From a virus, in the IMG/VR virus record IMGVR_UViG_3300025133_000045, positions 1 to 64,000 of that record: a stretch of 64,000 nt of DNA; one strand, 5' to 3'. Position 1 is the stretch's first letter. Every line of letters starts with the position of its first letter. The notes under the pieces are model-generated. The model did no database searches. It saw only the letters and a program-made list of their open reading frames with translations, and was not told where the DNA came from. Positions 55,501-64,000 of this stretch are shown piece after piece. The translations under genes and the position numbers were made by a program.

Positions 55501-58500
55501 CTGATGTGGGCCTTATCAATGCTCTCAAAAGTGTTTTTGGCTGCTTGTTTTGCAATCTCGTTCATGGCTTCCGGTATTTCTGGAAGGATGGAGCCACCTG
55601 GTGCAAAGGGGTCGCCACTATCGGGACAGATTGGGTCACTTCCAAGGATTGGCGGGAACTCTTGGAATGGCCCACCTTGAAGGACGTTAGCAAGGTCTGC
55701 TAGATCTTTCTTGGCCCTGTCCGTCATTGCTTCAATCTGCTCTTCACACTCTTCGGGCGTCAGACCCTTGGATTGCATCATTGAACATCGAATATCATTG
55801 AACATCGCCAACTGTGAAGGCGAGGCACAAATTGAATTACAAACAGGTGTATCCAAGCTGTCTATTTTTTGAGCCTGATCGAGAAGATCTGGATTAACGA
55901 TGGTGCCCAGTGCCTTAAACAGGTTTTCGATATCAGAGGGCTGCATACACGCCAAACTCGGTATCTGATCTGCTGTAACATCAGAAATCATTTGTTTAAC
56001 CTGGCTTGTGGCCTCGCCATTCAAAAGATCGATAACTTCACCATTAGTTAAAACGGCAGCCAGAACTTCTGAAAATGCAGCCGCATCTTCGGGAGTTGGC
56101 ACCTGACCTGGCGTCGTACAACTTCCCACCCCCGTGGCCTCCATCATGGTACGGAGAGCCTCATCGATTTGATCGTCTGTTGCATCGGGACACAATGCAT
56201 CCCCCAACGCATTACGAAAGTCATTGCCACCTGTAATCAGATTGAGCAACGCACCGCCGATTACGCCCAAAAGAGCGCAGAGAGCATCAAAAATGATCTC
56301 AAGCAGCTTCTTGAGGATTAAAATAATCAGCTTAATAACGATATATTCGATAAGCTCTTTTGCTATATTAATAATAATCCTAAAGATGTCCATACTGAAA
56401 AAGTCTTCATTAAGAACCGGCAAGGAAATGGCAAAGTGGCCTCGGCAGAAATCCAACTCCAATGTCTTAAAAAAGTCACCAATAGGAGGAGTAAACAAGG
56501 GAAAAGGTGGGCAATCCATTTGTTGAAGAATACGTGCAACAATCGGAGCACCTGGCAATTCGTTTAGCTGCGCCATCAACATATCAAGATCGATCACATT
56601 ATTGTCAATCATGTTTATAAGAGCTTGCTTGTAGGCTGTCGATACACTATCCATAATACTATCAGCGGCTGTACCAATAGAGCCAGGGTTTCCATATGCT
56701 CTATTGATTGCATGTTCATCAATTGCCACACCAGTTGTTGACCCCTCAAACGTTGGAACCCCAGGCCCCACAACTTCATCGGATGATTGCCACTCCTGAG
56801 CCGTTTCTGGTAGATTTTCCTTATCCACCGACATGGTACGCCCTTGGCCACTGTAGCTTCCGGCTCTATAGCCCGCATCCCACGGAGGAGGAATATTGCT
56901 GACATCCTTTTCAAGATTGTCAAAGACCTCACGCTGTACATCTGGCGGCAAACCGATAAATATTCTTTGGAAATTGGCCTCATCCATGGCATTAAAGGCA
57001 GCCTTGACCATTTCCTTCATGGCATCATCGAAACTAAGACCAGCAAACAAACAAGCAAATGCCGATTCCATTAACGCCAAAAGGCCACAAACGCCAAGCT
57101 TGTCCAAGATCTTGGTCCACAACTCATCTGGATCTGTTGCTATTTCCTTTAAAAGCTCAGGAAGTTGCTCTAAATTTCTATCTCCAGCAAAAAATTCCTT
57201 CAAAGCAGTATCTCGGGCTCTCTCTGCCAATTCGCCCAGATTATCAAGCTTGACATCGTTCTTTCTTTTGCCCTCCAAAGTTGCACACAAATCATTTGCG
57301 AACTTGTCAGCAAACGCATCCTGAAGAGACACAATCTCATCCATGATGTCTTTACCAAGCTCGGCAAATTCATCTCCAAGGTTACCCATAAATGTAGGGT
57401 CATCTTCTACAGAAAGATCTTGTCGACAAAAAAGTGCATCTTCTCCATAAACATCCACCAATATCTCAACCGGAGGGAAAGCCACATACTTTGTCAAAAA
57501 ATCACCAAACTCAAGGGGCTCGGTCGCAGTTACGTCATTCCAAATTTCCGGCAATTTCGAAACAAAATACATTGTCCTTTGAATGGTCTGCGGATCTGAA
57601 TTTTTGAACGCACCCATGGTTTTGGTCATCTTCTCGGGCTTATCACAGCCTATTTCAGTAGCCGTGATGTAGTCCACCCTCATATCAGAATCGAAGCCAA
57701 TTTCTATTTCATCAATTCGCTTCTTTCCTCCAAACGACCTTTTAAACTTAAAATCATTTTCACGCAATAAAGCTCGAAAATCTTTTCGGAAAACTCTTAT
57801 TCTTTCAGCCTCGTCTTTTAAATTTAAGGTGGGCTCACTTATCCTGCCGCCCTCATTAAAAAACCATATAGCTTGCCTGACTGCCAAAATCTCCATGGAC
57901 CTAGCCACTTGCTTGGTCATCAACAGAAAATCGGCTCCTCTTATCTTAACATATGCCGGGTAATCCTCTTTATCCGGCATCTCTTCAGGAGGGCCTAGCT
58001 CCTCTATTGAATTAAAAGTTGTCCATGGCACAACAATCAGAGCCTTCATTTTTACAAATGATCTTGTCGATACACAAGTCTCTTTAATGGTGCCAGCATC
58101 CACACACAGTTGAACAGGATCTACTTCGGCTCCCTCTGAACCGTCTTCAAGAGTCTGGCTGTAGGGCTCTGTCTTCTTGCCATAAAATTCAAGCAGCTTT
58201 ATAACGCCCTCGGTCAAATAATCTGGGTCGTTATAGAGGTTTTCTATCGAGGTTGCTTCGTATTTCGTATTCAGAGTTATAGAATATTCGCATGTCTTGG
58301 CATTTAAAAATGGCTCATTCTCTGTTAGCTTGGTCCAGTTGGGTGTAATGGCATTCGGATCGCCAACACAAGGAGGAGGACACGGTGGTTCTTCTTCAAT
58401 GACTTCGGGCTCGTCACAGGTGACCAGATTGGCAGAAGCCACAGAAGCAGCCGTTCCACCAGGCGCAGAGGCTGCTTCTGCCTCAGCAAAAACCTGCCAA

Positions 58501-59327
58501 TCAACCCCAGCCAAAAGCTGACCAGCACTTAACCCTGTATAGTCTTCAATGGCTGAAAGGACAGCTTTTTGCTCATCGCTTGCAAGAGTGAACCCTTTCG
58601 AAGGTTGTGTCTCCCAAGCCTCAAAGTAATCAAACGGGTCTTGTTCTGCAACATAAACTGTAGCGCCATATAAATATGTAAGATCTGTACTTTCCTCAAT
58701 TGGATATCCAAATTCATCAGAGTAGTCTCCATAAAAAAGACTATACGTGCTGGCAAACCAAGGCAAAGTGAGCGGATTGGGGTGTTCAAAATCAGTTAGG
58801 TCATCCCAAGGATTTCTATCTTTGTAGAAAGTATTTCCTGCAAGATTTACTTTTATAAAAGCAAGAACAGCATCTTGAATAGTTTTAAACTTAGCATCAC
58901 CCGGTGTGGCAGTGCTAGAGTGTATGCACAAAAGCTCAAGGTGAGTCTGCCCTGTATAGTCTTCTACTGTATCCAGAACCGCCTGCCTCGCATCTCGGCA
59001 GTCCTGAACTGCTGGACCTTCAACAAGTTCCCTAGCCTGTAGATAATTTGCGGCTCCATACAAATATGTGAAATCAGTGTCTTCGTCTATGGGATAACCA
59101 TCTCCAGGGATTCCCTCATAAGTGCCATCATCATAGTATAGTGTAAACCATGTATCATGTAGCGTGCCACGACAATCAGTAAAATCACCAAGATTTGAAG
59201 AGCCATCATATAGTTCATTTTCTTTGATTATTTTAATAAAATCAGATATAGCATCCTGAACTGCTTCAAGTTGCGCTTCCTTGTGACGCTGGATTTCGCC
59301 AGCTTGTCCTTCACCTTCCAGAGCCAT
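52515..59327 (-). CDS. Giant acidic, Cys-rich protein (2270 aa), unknown function
   Basis: Long ORF between spike and gp25; N-terminal duplication, central hydrophobic helices. Confidence 0.7.
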   Translation of the reverse strand: MALEGEGQAGEIQRHKEAQLEAVQDAISDFIKIIKENELYDGSSNLGDFTDCRGTLHDTWFTLYYDDGTYEGIPGDGYPIDEDTDFTYLYGAANYLQARELVEGPAVQDCRDARQAVLDTVEDYTGQTHLELLCIHSSTATPGDAKFKTIQDAVLAFIKVNLAGNTFYKDRNPWDDLTDFEHPNPLTLPWFASTYSLFYGDYSDEFGYPIEESTDLTYLYGATVYVAEQDPFDYFEAWETQPSKGFTLASDEQKAVLSAIEDYTGLSAGQLLAGVDWQVFAEAEAASAPGGTAASVASANLVTCDEPEVIEEEPPCPPPCVGDPNAITPNWTKLTENEPFLNAKTCEYSITLNTKYEATSIENLYNDPDYLTEGVIKLLEFYGKKTEPYSQTLEDGSEGAEVDPVQLCVDAGTIKETCVSTRSFVKMKALIVVPWTTFNSIEELGPPEEMPDKEDYPAYVKIRGADFLLMTKQVARSMEILAVRQAIWFFNEGGRISEPTLNLKDEAERIRVFRKDFRALLRENDFKFKRSFGGKKRIDEIEIGFDSDMRVDYITATEIGCDKPEKMTKTMGAFKNSDPQTIQRTMYFVSKLPEIWNDVTATEPLEFGDFLTKYVAFPPVEILVDVYGEDALFCRQDLSVEDDPTFMGNLGDEFAELGKDIMDEIVSLQDAFADKFANDLCATLEGKRKNDVKLDNLGELAERARDTALKEFFAGDRNLEQLPELLKEIATDPDELWTKILDKLGVCGLLALMESAFACLFAGLSFDDAMKEMVKAAFNAMDEANFQRIFIGLPPDVQREVFDNLEKDVSNIPPPWDAGYRAGSYSGQGRTMSVDKENLPETAQEWQSSDEVVGPGVPTFEGSTTGVAIDEHAINRAYGNPGSIGTAADSIMDSVSTAYKQALINMIDNNVIDLDMLMAQLNELPGAPIVARILQQMDCPPFPLFTPPIGDFFKTLELDFCRGHFAISLPVLNEDFFSMDIFRIIINIAKELIEYIVIKLIILILKKLLEIIFDALCALLGVIGGALLNLITGGNDFRNALGDALCPDATDDQIDEALRTMMEATGVGSCTTPGQVPTPEDAAAFSEVLAAVLTNGEVIDLLNGEATSQVKQMISDVTADQIPSLACMQPSDIENLFKALGTIVNPDLLDQAQKIDSLDTPVCNSICASPSQLAMFNDIRCSMMQSKGLTPEECEEQIEAMTDRAKKDLADLANVLQGGPFQEFPPILGSDPICPDSGDPFAPGGSILPEIPEAMNEIAKQAAKNTFESIDKAHIRDLVGRRGFFDMVLSDSNGLGIKVHERKVRRRGSQLASELGMGGSYTDNWADDQGWDTAIPKDEWGEISGREDAVGTGENTDIELVAYKSGFAEGGYPMTVAILLQKYFTQYNETVIGFEDSLKIAEGFEPRPMRPVPPVAPCKGSKWESDGSYTLVTGFDFTNLMPITETVEYKGFDLEYQDYSEKPMDQYHFKLTAATALKEGGVWNDVDKTETILWEKTGMPAFNLDGSVDGEAEGELSADWTQVQRFRITHDTPDDVEALLETLNLDLVNNPLDEEAFSSYITSVIESYPGYDAAAVAEVKTNLRNALPFLQDVYMRKFALLLASNGEGYAAGDDQPPPDPFQFGYDESQTQIQAYMAGPNVDKEFAKANGRKLPPEPDESFDQQIYNRFNGNADNPPFYLRDPDRWGWLGMMDKFVPEVDACDPIDGTAPREPICKFEDLKDVYMELMNKYQDDKRLFAKPGSDCAQDIPFNIALTRGAQAGIDTSIMAIARIYAIEVLLRGGPVCAVFGSKCFGEIISNYVVKSIDEDVQQMGVFGPSKKYYYRFMEQIVQMYGRQVDLGMIEPTPSEQEAMDYLNELQLTFVPPKGLFNKSKYNKERDEMVQIALDHEKATYEPGILTLLSRIVLIELESMSKQFEENLHPEGMPVPNLQSLFLGSASFIQGSLEAGVLDVWNGVDPVADPEKTEPLAKGYAETDEGEIVPFRLERYLRVTPLSNTLTPSPMFPARPKDVENLDSFIDWANNQPDKADMLLSELFENVSLGYRLVFTTALDTDDEEWGSYPATRLPGNLALAVTGMPIIEEKSFVVPCDGGTLYMVPLASHEMDVDPNSDQTLQQFLDDIEGFDETNRSCILDELANTDAYKLLFGICVPLEKMVSWLAVYSINNFLPSIGWVEDGWTVNGGKWYSFAKGFRTWDQKTFEKSKKAAKRVFMQFYNSNDPTYESDEQKADKKKLTKGERPKSQRNNFLRWFAWRRKYPKPTDKNEVLCP

Positions 59328-59328
59328 A

Positions 59329-60234
59329 TTAATTCACCCTGTTAAATCGGCTATTAATCCAGTTGCCGCCAAATGGAGTATAATTATTTATTTCATCGAG
59401 CATAAGCTTGACCTTGTTCCCATAAGCTGGCATCATACACTGAACGAGCCCTTGCACAGCAAAGTTTGGGGATGGAGTGGTCGGAATACCCAAAAAGGGA
59501 CTTATATGAATATGACTCATCAAAGCAATTACAAGCGTAGTATACAGTCCGTTTAGTTCGTCGATCCTGCCGTTCATATCTTTTAAGGCATCGACCAGGC
59601 GACCACCCTTTGGGATTGGTTCCAAACCCACTGTTTCGTCGTCATTACCAGCTATGAGGTCAATACCATAATTCGTTTTGAGCTTCTCGCCAGCAGAGTT
59701 TCTTTCTTTCGGTGTCGTTCCGGTGACGAGCTTGATCCCTTCGCGTCCAATAATACGAACAGCGTCTGCCTTAATGCCGATACCAGACCTTGCCACCGAA
59801 AGGCCAACATTGCCTTTCGCCAAACCAAAGTTCTTATCAATGTCGGTCCTCTGGCTGATATAAATTCGAGCAGCGTCACCTTTGAAGTTGGGGTCCACAT
59901 AAGTGTTAGGTTTGGGTCCATCTTTGGTGGCTCCCATCTTACCAACAACCAGATCAATCATTCCTGCCTGGGTTGATCCCATACCCCCATAGCCACTATT
60001 TTTCGGGCCAGGCCGGTCTCGACCAAGAATAATCCAAGCATTATTGTTGTTTTTATAGACTATCTCAGACTTTGCCTGATTATGAAAAGGGATGGGCTCA
60101 GGCATGTTTGAGCAGTTTAAGCCCATACCGTTAGTGCCTTCAGCTTGTGCAGGATTATTTTCTATAGCCTTTTTAAAAGCATCCGGCAGGCTGTCGAGGT
60201 CTTTAATTTTCTTTTTCTTTCCGAATAAACCCAT
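59329..60234 (-). CDS. Baseplate central spike (gp5 C-terminal-like)
   Basis: NAWIILGRDR, IDLVVG, AARIYISQ..DID, IKADAVRIIGREGIKLVT beta-repeats; HIH tip motif. Confidence 0.6.
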   Translation of the reverse strand: MGLFGKKKKIKDLDSLPDAFKKAIENNPAQAEGTNGMGLNCSNMPEPIPFHNQAKSEIVYKNNNNAWIILGRDRPGPKNSGYGGMGSTQAGMIDLVVGKMGATKDGPKPNTYVDPNFKGDAARIYISQRTDIDKNFGLAKGNVGLSVARSGIGIKADAVRIIGREGIKLVTGTTPKERNSAGEKLKTNYGIDLIAGNDDETVGLEPIPKGGRLVDALKDMNGRIDELNGLYTTLVIALMSHIHISPFLGIPTTPSPNFAVQGLVQCMMPAYGNKVKLMLDEINNYTPFGGNWINSRFNRVN

Positions 60235-61448
60235 TATACTGTTGCCGCTCCTTCTCCAGTCGTAAAAAAACTATCCCACGTTGAATGATCTCTTGCTACT
60301 ATCATAAACTGGCTTCCTGCCCCCGCCTGATATTCCCAGTGCCAACGTTCTGAACTAACGCCCCTAACAAATCCATATTTATGTGCATTTAACATCAGCC
60401 ATTTATAGGTGGCGGTTATGGAACCTGGATTTGATACCTGAGATTTTGGCATTCCAGTAACAAGATCAAATGCAATTCCACTTTGATGATTAGATCTGCC
60501 AACAGAGGCTGTCGCGGGGTCGCAAACTCCTGAGCCGCAATTCTGGTCCCACAAAGTCTGCTGTCCAGATTTTACCCCACCACCACACTCTTCGGGAATA
60601 ATCGCATCGTCATTCCCACGAAATGCTGAAACAATTTGTAGAGTGACCCCATCCCTTTCGGCTGCATCTCGCATTGTGAGATAAAACCCAGCAATATCCT
60701 TGGATACCGGACAACCATCAATTATAGCGGTCTCTACGGTGCCACCTCCAAATTTTGACCCCCTCTCCATAACTGGCCCTTCACACAAGTCGTCTATTTC
60801 CGTGTAAGGAGGGGTTACAGTGTCATTTCCAGGTGCCATACCCATGAGATTCCCAACGGCACCAGTAGCGCTATCGAAAGAACCAAGAGCACTCCCCGAA
60901 CTAGATGCAGGGAGTAGGCTTACTCTTTCGGCCACGCCTTTATAGATTCCTCCCCTCTTGTTCGCTCTATCAACATAATCTATCCATACTATATCTCCTG
61001 GCATCGGCAGTGTAGACGCCTCGCCAGCCCCATCCAATGTTCCATAAAAAAGTGAGGTCTGTTTCAAACATAAAGTTAGTATCCGATCATAGAAGCTCAA
61101 GTCGGAACCTGTGCCATCTACAGACACATTTGGCTTGCCTATGAGTGAATCGACAAAATCATCGTAAGCAGTCACAGCTATATATTTAATATTTTCGCCC
61201 TTCAAATGTGTAGAGACAGCAGTAGTGCCATAAAAATTTTCTGCTTCTTCATCAAGCTCCCTAATTTCAATCACTTCCGCTTTTCGAGGATAAAATAATT
61301 TTACGACAGGAGCAATAAATTCACTTATTATCGTTTGAATAACAGTATCTGAATTAAGATTATCTAAACTTAGCCTGAAGCTGTTGAAATCAATAGTATC
61401 ATCATTTTGTGTCCCTGGGACAGCATTTATTCGGACATCCTTACCCAT
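60234..61448 (-). CDS. gp5 N-terminal-like hub protein with M15 (VanY-like) peptidoglycan peptidase
   Basis: P.PGDIVWIDY OB-like motif; SAFR, SNHQSGIAFD (SxHxxGxAxD), ERWHWEY (ExWH). Confidence 0.75.
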   Translation of the reverse strand: MGKDVRINAVPGTQNDDTIDFNSFRLSLDNLNSDTVIQTIISEFIAPVVKLFYPRKAEVIEIRELDEEAENFYGTTAVSTHLKGENIKYIAVTAYDDFVDSLIGKPNVSVDGTGSDLSFYDRILTLCLKQTSLFYGTLDGAGEASTLPMPGDIVWIDYVDRANKRGGIYKGVAERVSLLPASSSGSALGSFDSATGAVGNLMGMAPGNDTVTPPYTEIDDLCEGPVMERGSKFGGGTVETAIIDGCPVSKDIAGFYLTMRDAAERDGVTLQIVSAFRGNDDAIIPEECGGGVKSGQQTLWDQNCGSGVCDPATASVGRSNHQSGIAFDLVTGMPKSQVSNPGSITATYKWLMLNAHKYGFVRGVSSERWHWEYQAGAGSQFMIVARDHSTWDSFFTTGEGAATV

Positions 61449-61737
61449 TTACCTTATCCCCCTTCTTGATCATGTCAAAAAGCTCATCTTTATCTTGATC
61501 GGACAACGCAGCGCCACGAGACTCTTTCTTTTGCAGAATGCCAGTTATTTTTACAAGTTGCTCATTGGATCGCTGCAAGGTCTCGACATATTTGGCTGCT
61601 GTAAAACCAACTTCTTTATGACGTTGCTCATCCTTGCTCAAATACCGGATTACATCATCAAGAAGCTCTTTGGTGATTTCCCTATCTTCTTGAATATTGT
61701 CAATTGCCATCTCTAAATAAGAATTGATATCTTTCAT
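61441..61737 (-). CDS. Putative terminase small subunit (gp16-like)
   Basis: Two-helix protein with RHKEV...SNEQLVK pattern recalled as resembling T4 gp16. Confidence 0.4.
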   Translation of the reverse strand: MKDINSYLEMAIDNIQEDREITKELLDDVIRYLSKDEQRHKEVGFTAAKYVETLQRSNEQLVKITGILQKKESRGAALSDQDKDELFDMIKKGDKVNG

Positions 61738-62456
61738 GATTCGTCGCCCTCATCCCATTTAACCTTGAACGCTCGGTACTTTATACGCATTTTGTTCAAA
61801 TTATTCACAATTTGTTTTGTGTTGAGACCTGTTATCTCTCTCATGTATAGATAAATAGCTTTCTTGTTAAAAATTTCTATATTATTGCTCTCGCTTAAAA
61901 GTATACGGATAGCTTCTAAGACTTTCCTTTCATTTGGCTTCAGGTTGGGAATGTCCCAAGAATCAATCTCTTCCCAAAGTAGCTTCCAAAATTCTTCCTT
62001 CTCTCTAATCTCGTCATAGTCGTTGTAAGTGGCCATATATTTCAATTGAACTTCATTGGAGAGCAGGCTGCAATCTACCTCTCGTTTCTTTTGTTTTGAA
62101 GTCTTCTTGACCTGATGAATGAACCAATTTTTGGTGATTACACTGAAATATGAAAAAGCTTTGGATCCCTTACTCTGGTCATACTTGTCCAATATTGTCG
62201 TCAGCCATATCTTGCACTCCTCACGGAGTTCATTAATGTTTGGCAAAGTGGTAAACTTATATGTAAACACAATTTTATCAACCATCTCATCAAAGGCTGG
62301 CTGAATAAAATTCACATATAGTTCGGTTCTTTCTTTGGGATTGTTCGAATTATTAAATCTTACAATCGCGTCTTCATGGGCCTGAGTGAAATACTGTCTT
62401 CCGCTTTTGCCACGTCTACGTCGAATCGGTGTCGTCTTCTTCGTCAAAGTCATCAT
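61734..62456 (-). CDS. Late-transcription sigma factor (T4 gp55-like)
   Basis: Region-2-like LDKYDQSKGSKAFSYFSVITKNWF; N-terminal YFT..EDAI. Confidence 0.75.
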   Translation of the reverse strand: MMTLTKKTTPIRRRRGKSGRQYFTQAHEDAIVRFNNSNNPKERTELYVNFIQPAFDEMVDKIVFTYKFTTLPNINELREECKIWLTTILDKYDQSKGSKAFSYFSVITKNWFIHQVKKTSKQKKREVDCSLLSNEVQLKYMATYNDYDEIREKEEFWKLLWEEIDSWDIPNLKPNERKVLEAIRILLSESNNIEIFNKKAIYLYMREITGLNTKQIVNNLNKMRIKYRAFKVKWDEGDES

Positions 62457-62742
62457 CCTCCAAAGGCTCTTTCAAAGAAAACAATATTTCATATCTATCG
62501 AATTCTTTTGATAAGGCACGAGCATGAGAAAGCAAATTTTCTAAAGTCTGATCGCCATAAAACATTTCCAATTCGTAAACACCTTCAAGGTGTTTCTTAA
62601 ACGCCTCAACATCTACAAAGAGATCCTCTAATGTTCCCGAGACGGAGAACAGTTCACGCAAAACTTTTACACAATACCATACCAGAAATATATTTATAAG
62701 GGCTGACACCACAAAGGCCGCGCTTACAACGTAAGGCCACAT
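62416..62742 (-). CDS. Membrane-anchored protein with acidic tail
   Basis: N-terminal TM, helical body, DDDFDEEDD tail. Confidence 0.65.
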   Translation of the reverse strand: MWPYVVSAAFVVSALINIFLVWYCVKVLRELFSVSGTLEDLFVDVEAFKKHLEGVYELEMFYGDQTLENLLSHARALSKEFDRYEILFSLKEPLEDDDFDEEDDTDST

Positions 62743-62990
62743 TATTGTTTGTCCTTGAGTGCTCTCTTTTGCTGTTTAAGATCTTCTTTTGACTCTTCGA
62801 TAAACTTCTTCACTTCCTCTCCCGTTTTTGTTTTTTGTTCTTTCGCAAACCCAGATAGACTAAACCCCACAGACGGAATTCTCTCACAAACAGAGGAATT
62901 ACATGCTGGGCATCGTGCCTTTTCGCTGAATCCGTGAAATGCATCAAACTGATACATACAACCCACACATCTGTAAGCGTATCTAGGCAT
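62742..62990 (-). CDS. FmdB-family zinc-ribbon protein (true start MPRYAYRC)
   Basis: MP.Y.Y.C..C...F......CP.C signature. Confidence 0.75.
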   Translation of the reverse strand: MPRYAYRCVGCMYQFDAFHGFSEKARCPACNSSVCERIPSVGFSLSGFAKEQKTKTGEEVKKFIEESKEDLKQQKRALKDKQ

Positions 62991-63219
62991 CCATTTCAGG
63001 CCCTTCTTCGTTTGCTGCGCTACTAAGCCATTCACCATCGGCACCAAATTTAACCAACGGAGGATTCTTAACGTATAACTCTTTGTTCTTAAGAATGAAA
63101 TCAAACCCTTCAAGAACGGGGACGATATCACTTTGCTCAAGCAAAGACTTTTGAAGTGCCATCATAAGAGCGCCTAGCGCCTGCTTAGAAAGCCTCATAT
63201 CACTAACAAGATTACTCAT
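62983..63219 (-). CDS. Hypothetical protein (start MSNLVSD)
   Basis: AAGGAG SD before ATG 63219. Confidence 0.6.
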   Translation of the reverse strand: MSNLVSDMRLSKQALGALMMALQKSLLEQSDIVPVLEGFDFILKNKELYVKNPPLVKFGADGEWLSSAANEEGPEMDA

Positions 63220-63229
63220 TCTTTCTCCT

Positions 63230-63436
63230 TTATTTCGATGATGTATCAGTGCCACCAGTATCGGTGCCTGTATCACCTGTTTCTATTCCAGTCTCAACTA
63301 TTTCGGTCTCAACTATTTCCAAGCCCGTATCACCACGGACAGGGTCATCACTACAACCGACAAACATAAGCATTCGCGGTACCGCGAATGCGCCGAAAAA
63401 AAGGACAATAACGTATATGTCGGTCTCGCTAAGCAT
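63230..63436 (-). CDS. Small lipoprotein-like protein with DTG/ETG repeats
   Basis: Hydrophobic segment, FVGC lipobox-like, GDTGTDTGGTDT tail; AAGGAG SD. Confidence 0.5.
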   Translation of the reverse strand: MLSETDIYVIVLFFGAFAVPRMLMFVGCSDDPVRGDTGLEIVETEIVETGIETGDTGTDTGGTDTSSK

Positions 63437-63450
63437 AAACTTTTTCTCCT

Positions 63451-64000
63451 TCACCATCTAAAAATGGTTTTATAATGTTTCACAATTTTATCAATCTCTT
63501 CATCAAATTTCTTGACTGGCTCCCAGCCTAGTCCACGAAGCTTTGTGTCGTCAACTGAATATCGGACATCTTGACCCTCTCTAACGAAAGATAGATCAAG
63601 CCACTCTTCATATCCAATGTATTCCTTATCGTAATTTCCATTGAAATATGAATTGATTATTTTTAATACCGTATCTTTATTTTTTTGTTCGAACCCCCCT
63701 GCAACGTTGAAAATTTCGTTTATTACGCCGGATTCAATAATTTTAACCACTGCCTGGGCAGTGTCTTCAGCATGCAGCCAATTCCTAAAAGGTTCCCCCT
63801 TGTTGTGCAAACGAATTTTTCTTTCTCTTTGCAACAATTTGACAGCAAGCGGGATTAACTTCTCTGGATATTGACCAATACCGTAGTTATTAGTTGGGCG
63901 TAAAATTAAATAGTCTATTCCATACGTTCGTGCCCATGCTTTTATCAACATATCGGCTGCGGCCTTAGATGCGGAGTAGGGATTACTTGGTATAAGAGGG
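63451..64000 (-). CDS. rmlB: dTDP-glucose 4,6-dehydratase (C-terminal part; start lies outside the window)
   Basis: PSNPYSASKAA (YxxxK) read at the right edge, R.TNNYG..QYPEKLIP, RNWLH.ED, R.GQD.RY. Confidence 0.85.
   Translation of the reverse strand, partial: PLIPSNPYSASKAAADMLIKAWARTYGIDYLILRPTNNYGIGQYPEKLIPLAVKLLQRERKIRLHNKGEPFRNWLHAEDTAQAVVKIIESGVINEIFNVAGGFEQKNKDTVLKIINSYFNGNYDKEYIGYEEWLDLSFVREGQDVRYSVDDTKLRGLGWEPVKKFDEEIDKIVKHYKTIFRW

Noticed and set aside
1-64000. Alternative genetic code (stop-codon reassignment)
   Set aside because: Code 11 gives full-length, densely packed genes; TAA, TAG and TGA all serve as real stops
1-64000. tRNA, rRNA or other structured RNA genes
   Set aside because: Intergenic gaps are mostly under about 100 bp and none showed a cloverleaf or T-loop signature by eye

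Overview
This 64 kb window comes from a large T4-like (gp23/gp20/gp17-type) myophage genome. It uses the standard genetic code, and essentially all real genes are on the minus strand. Reading in the direction of transcription (right to left): partial dTDP-glucose 4,6-dehydratase; small membrane and Zn-ribbon genes; gp55-like late sigma factor; putative small terminase; split gp5-like hub and spike genes, one carrying an M15 peptidase; a 2270-aa giant protein; gp25/gp6 baseplate genes; a block of large baseplate/fibre proteins including a 3079-aa LamG protein; NUMOD3-HNH endonuclease; RuvC-like resolvase; primase; a single-chain Mre11-Rad50 fusion; holin/spanin-like trio; large terminase; portal; prohead protease; ribosomal protein bS21; scaffold; major capsid; neck proteins; sheath; tube; tail chaperone; partial tape measure. 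Main observations beyond the gene list: (1) a [S/T]-G-S tripeptide is strongly and selectively enriched in outward-facing virion proteins, a candidate virion glycosylation sequon next to a nucleotide-sugar gene; (2) a recurrent 8-bp late-promoter motif, ACTAHTTA; (3) a probable +1/-2 programmed frameshift in the tail chaperone; (4) an unannotated, doubly translationally coupled Cys-Cys micro-ORF with a hairpin ahead of the prohead protease. All family assignments come from motif recognition and synteny by eye; no database searches were run.
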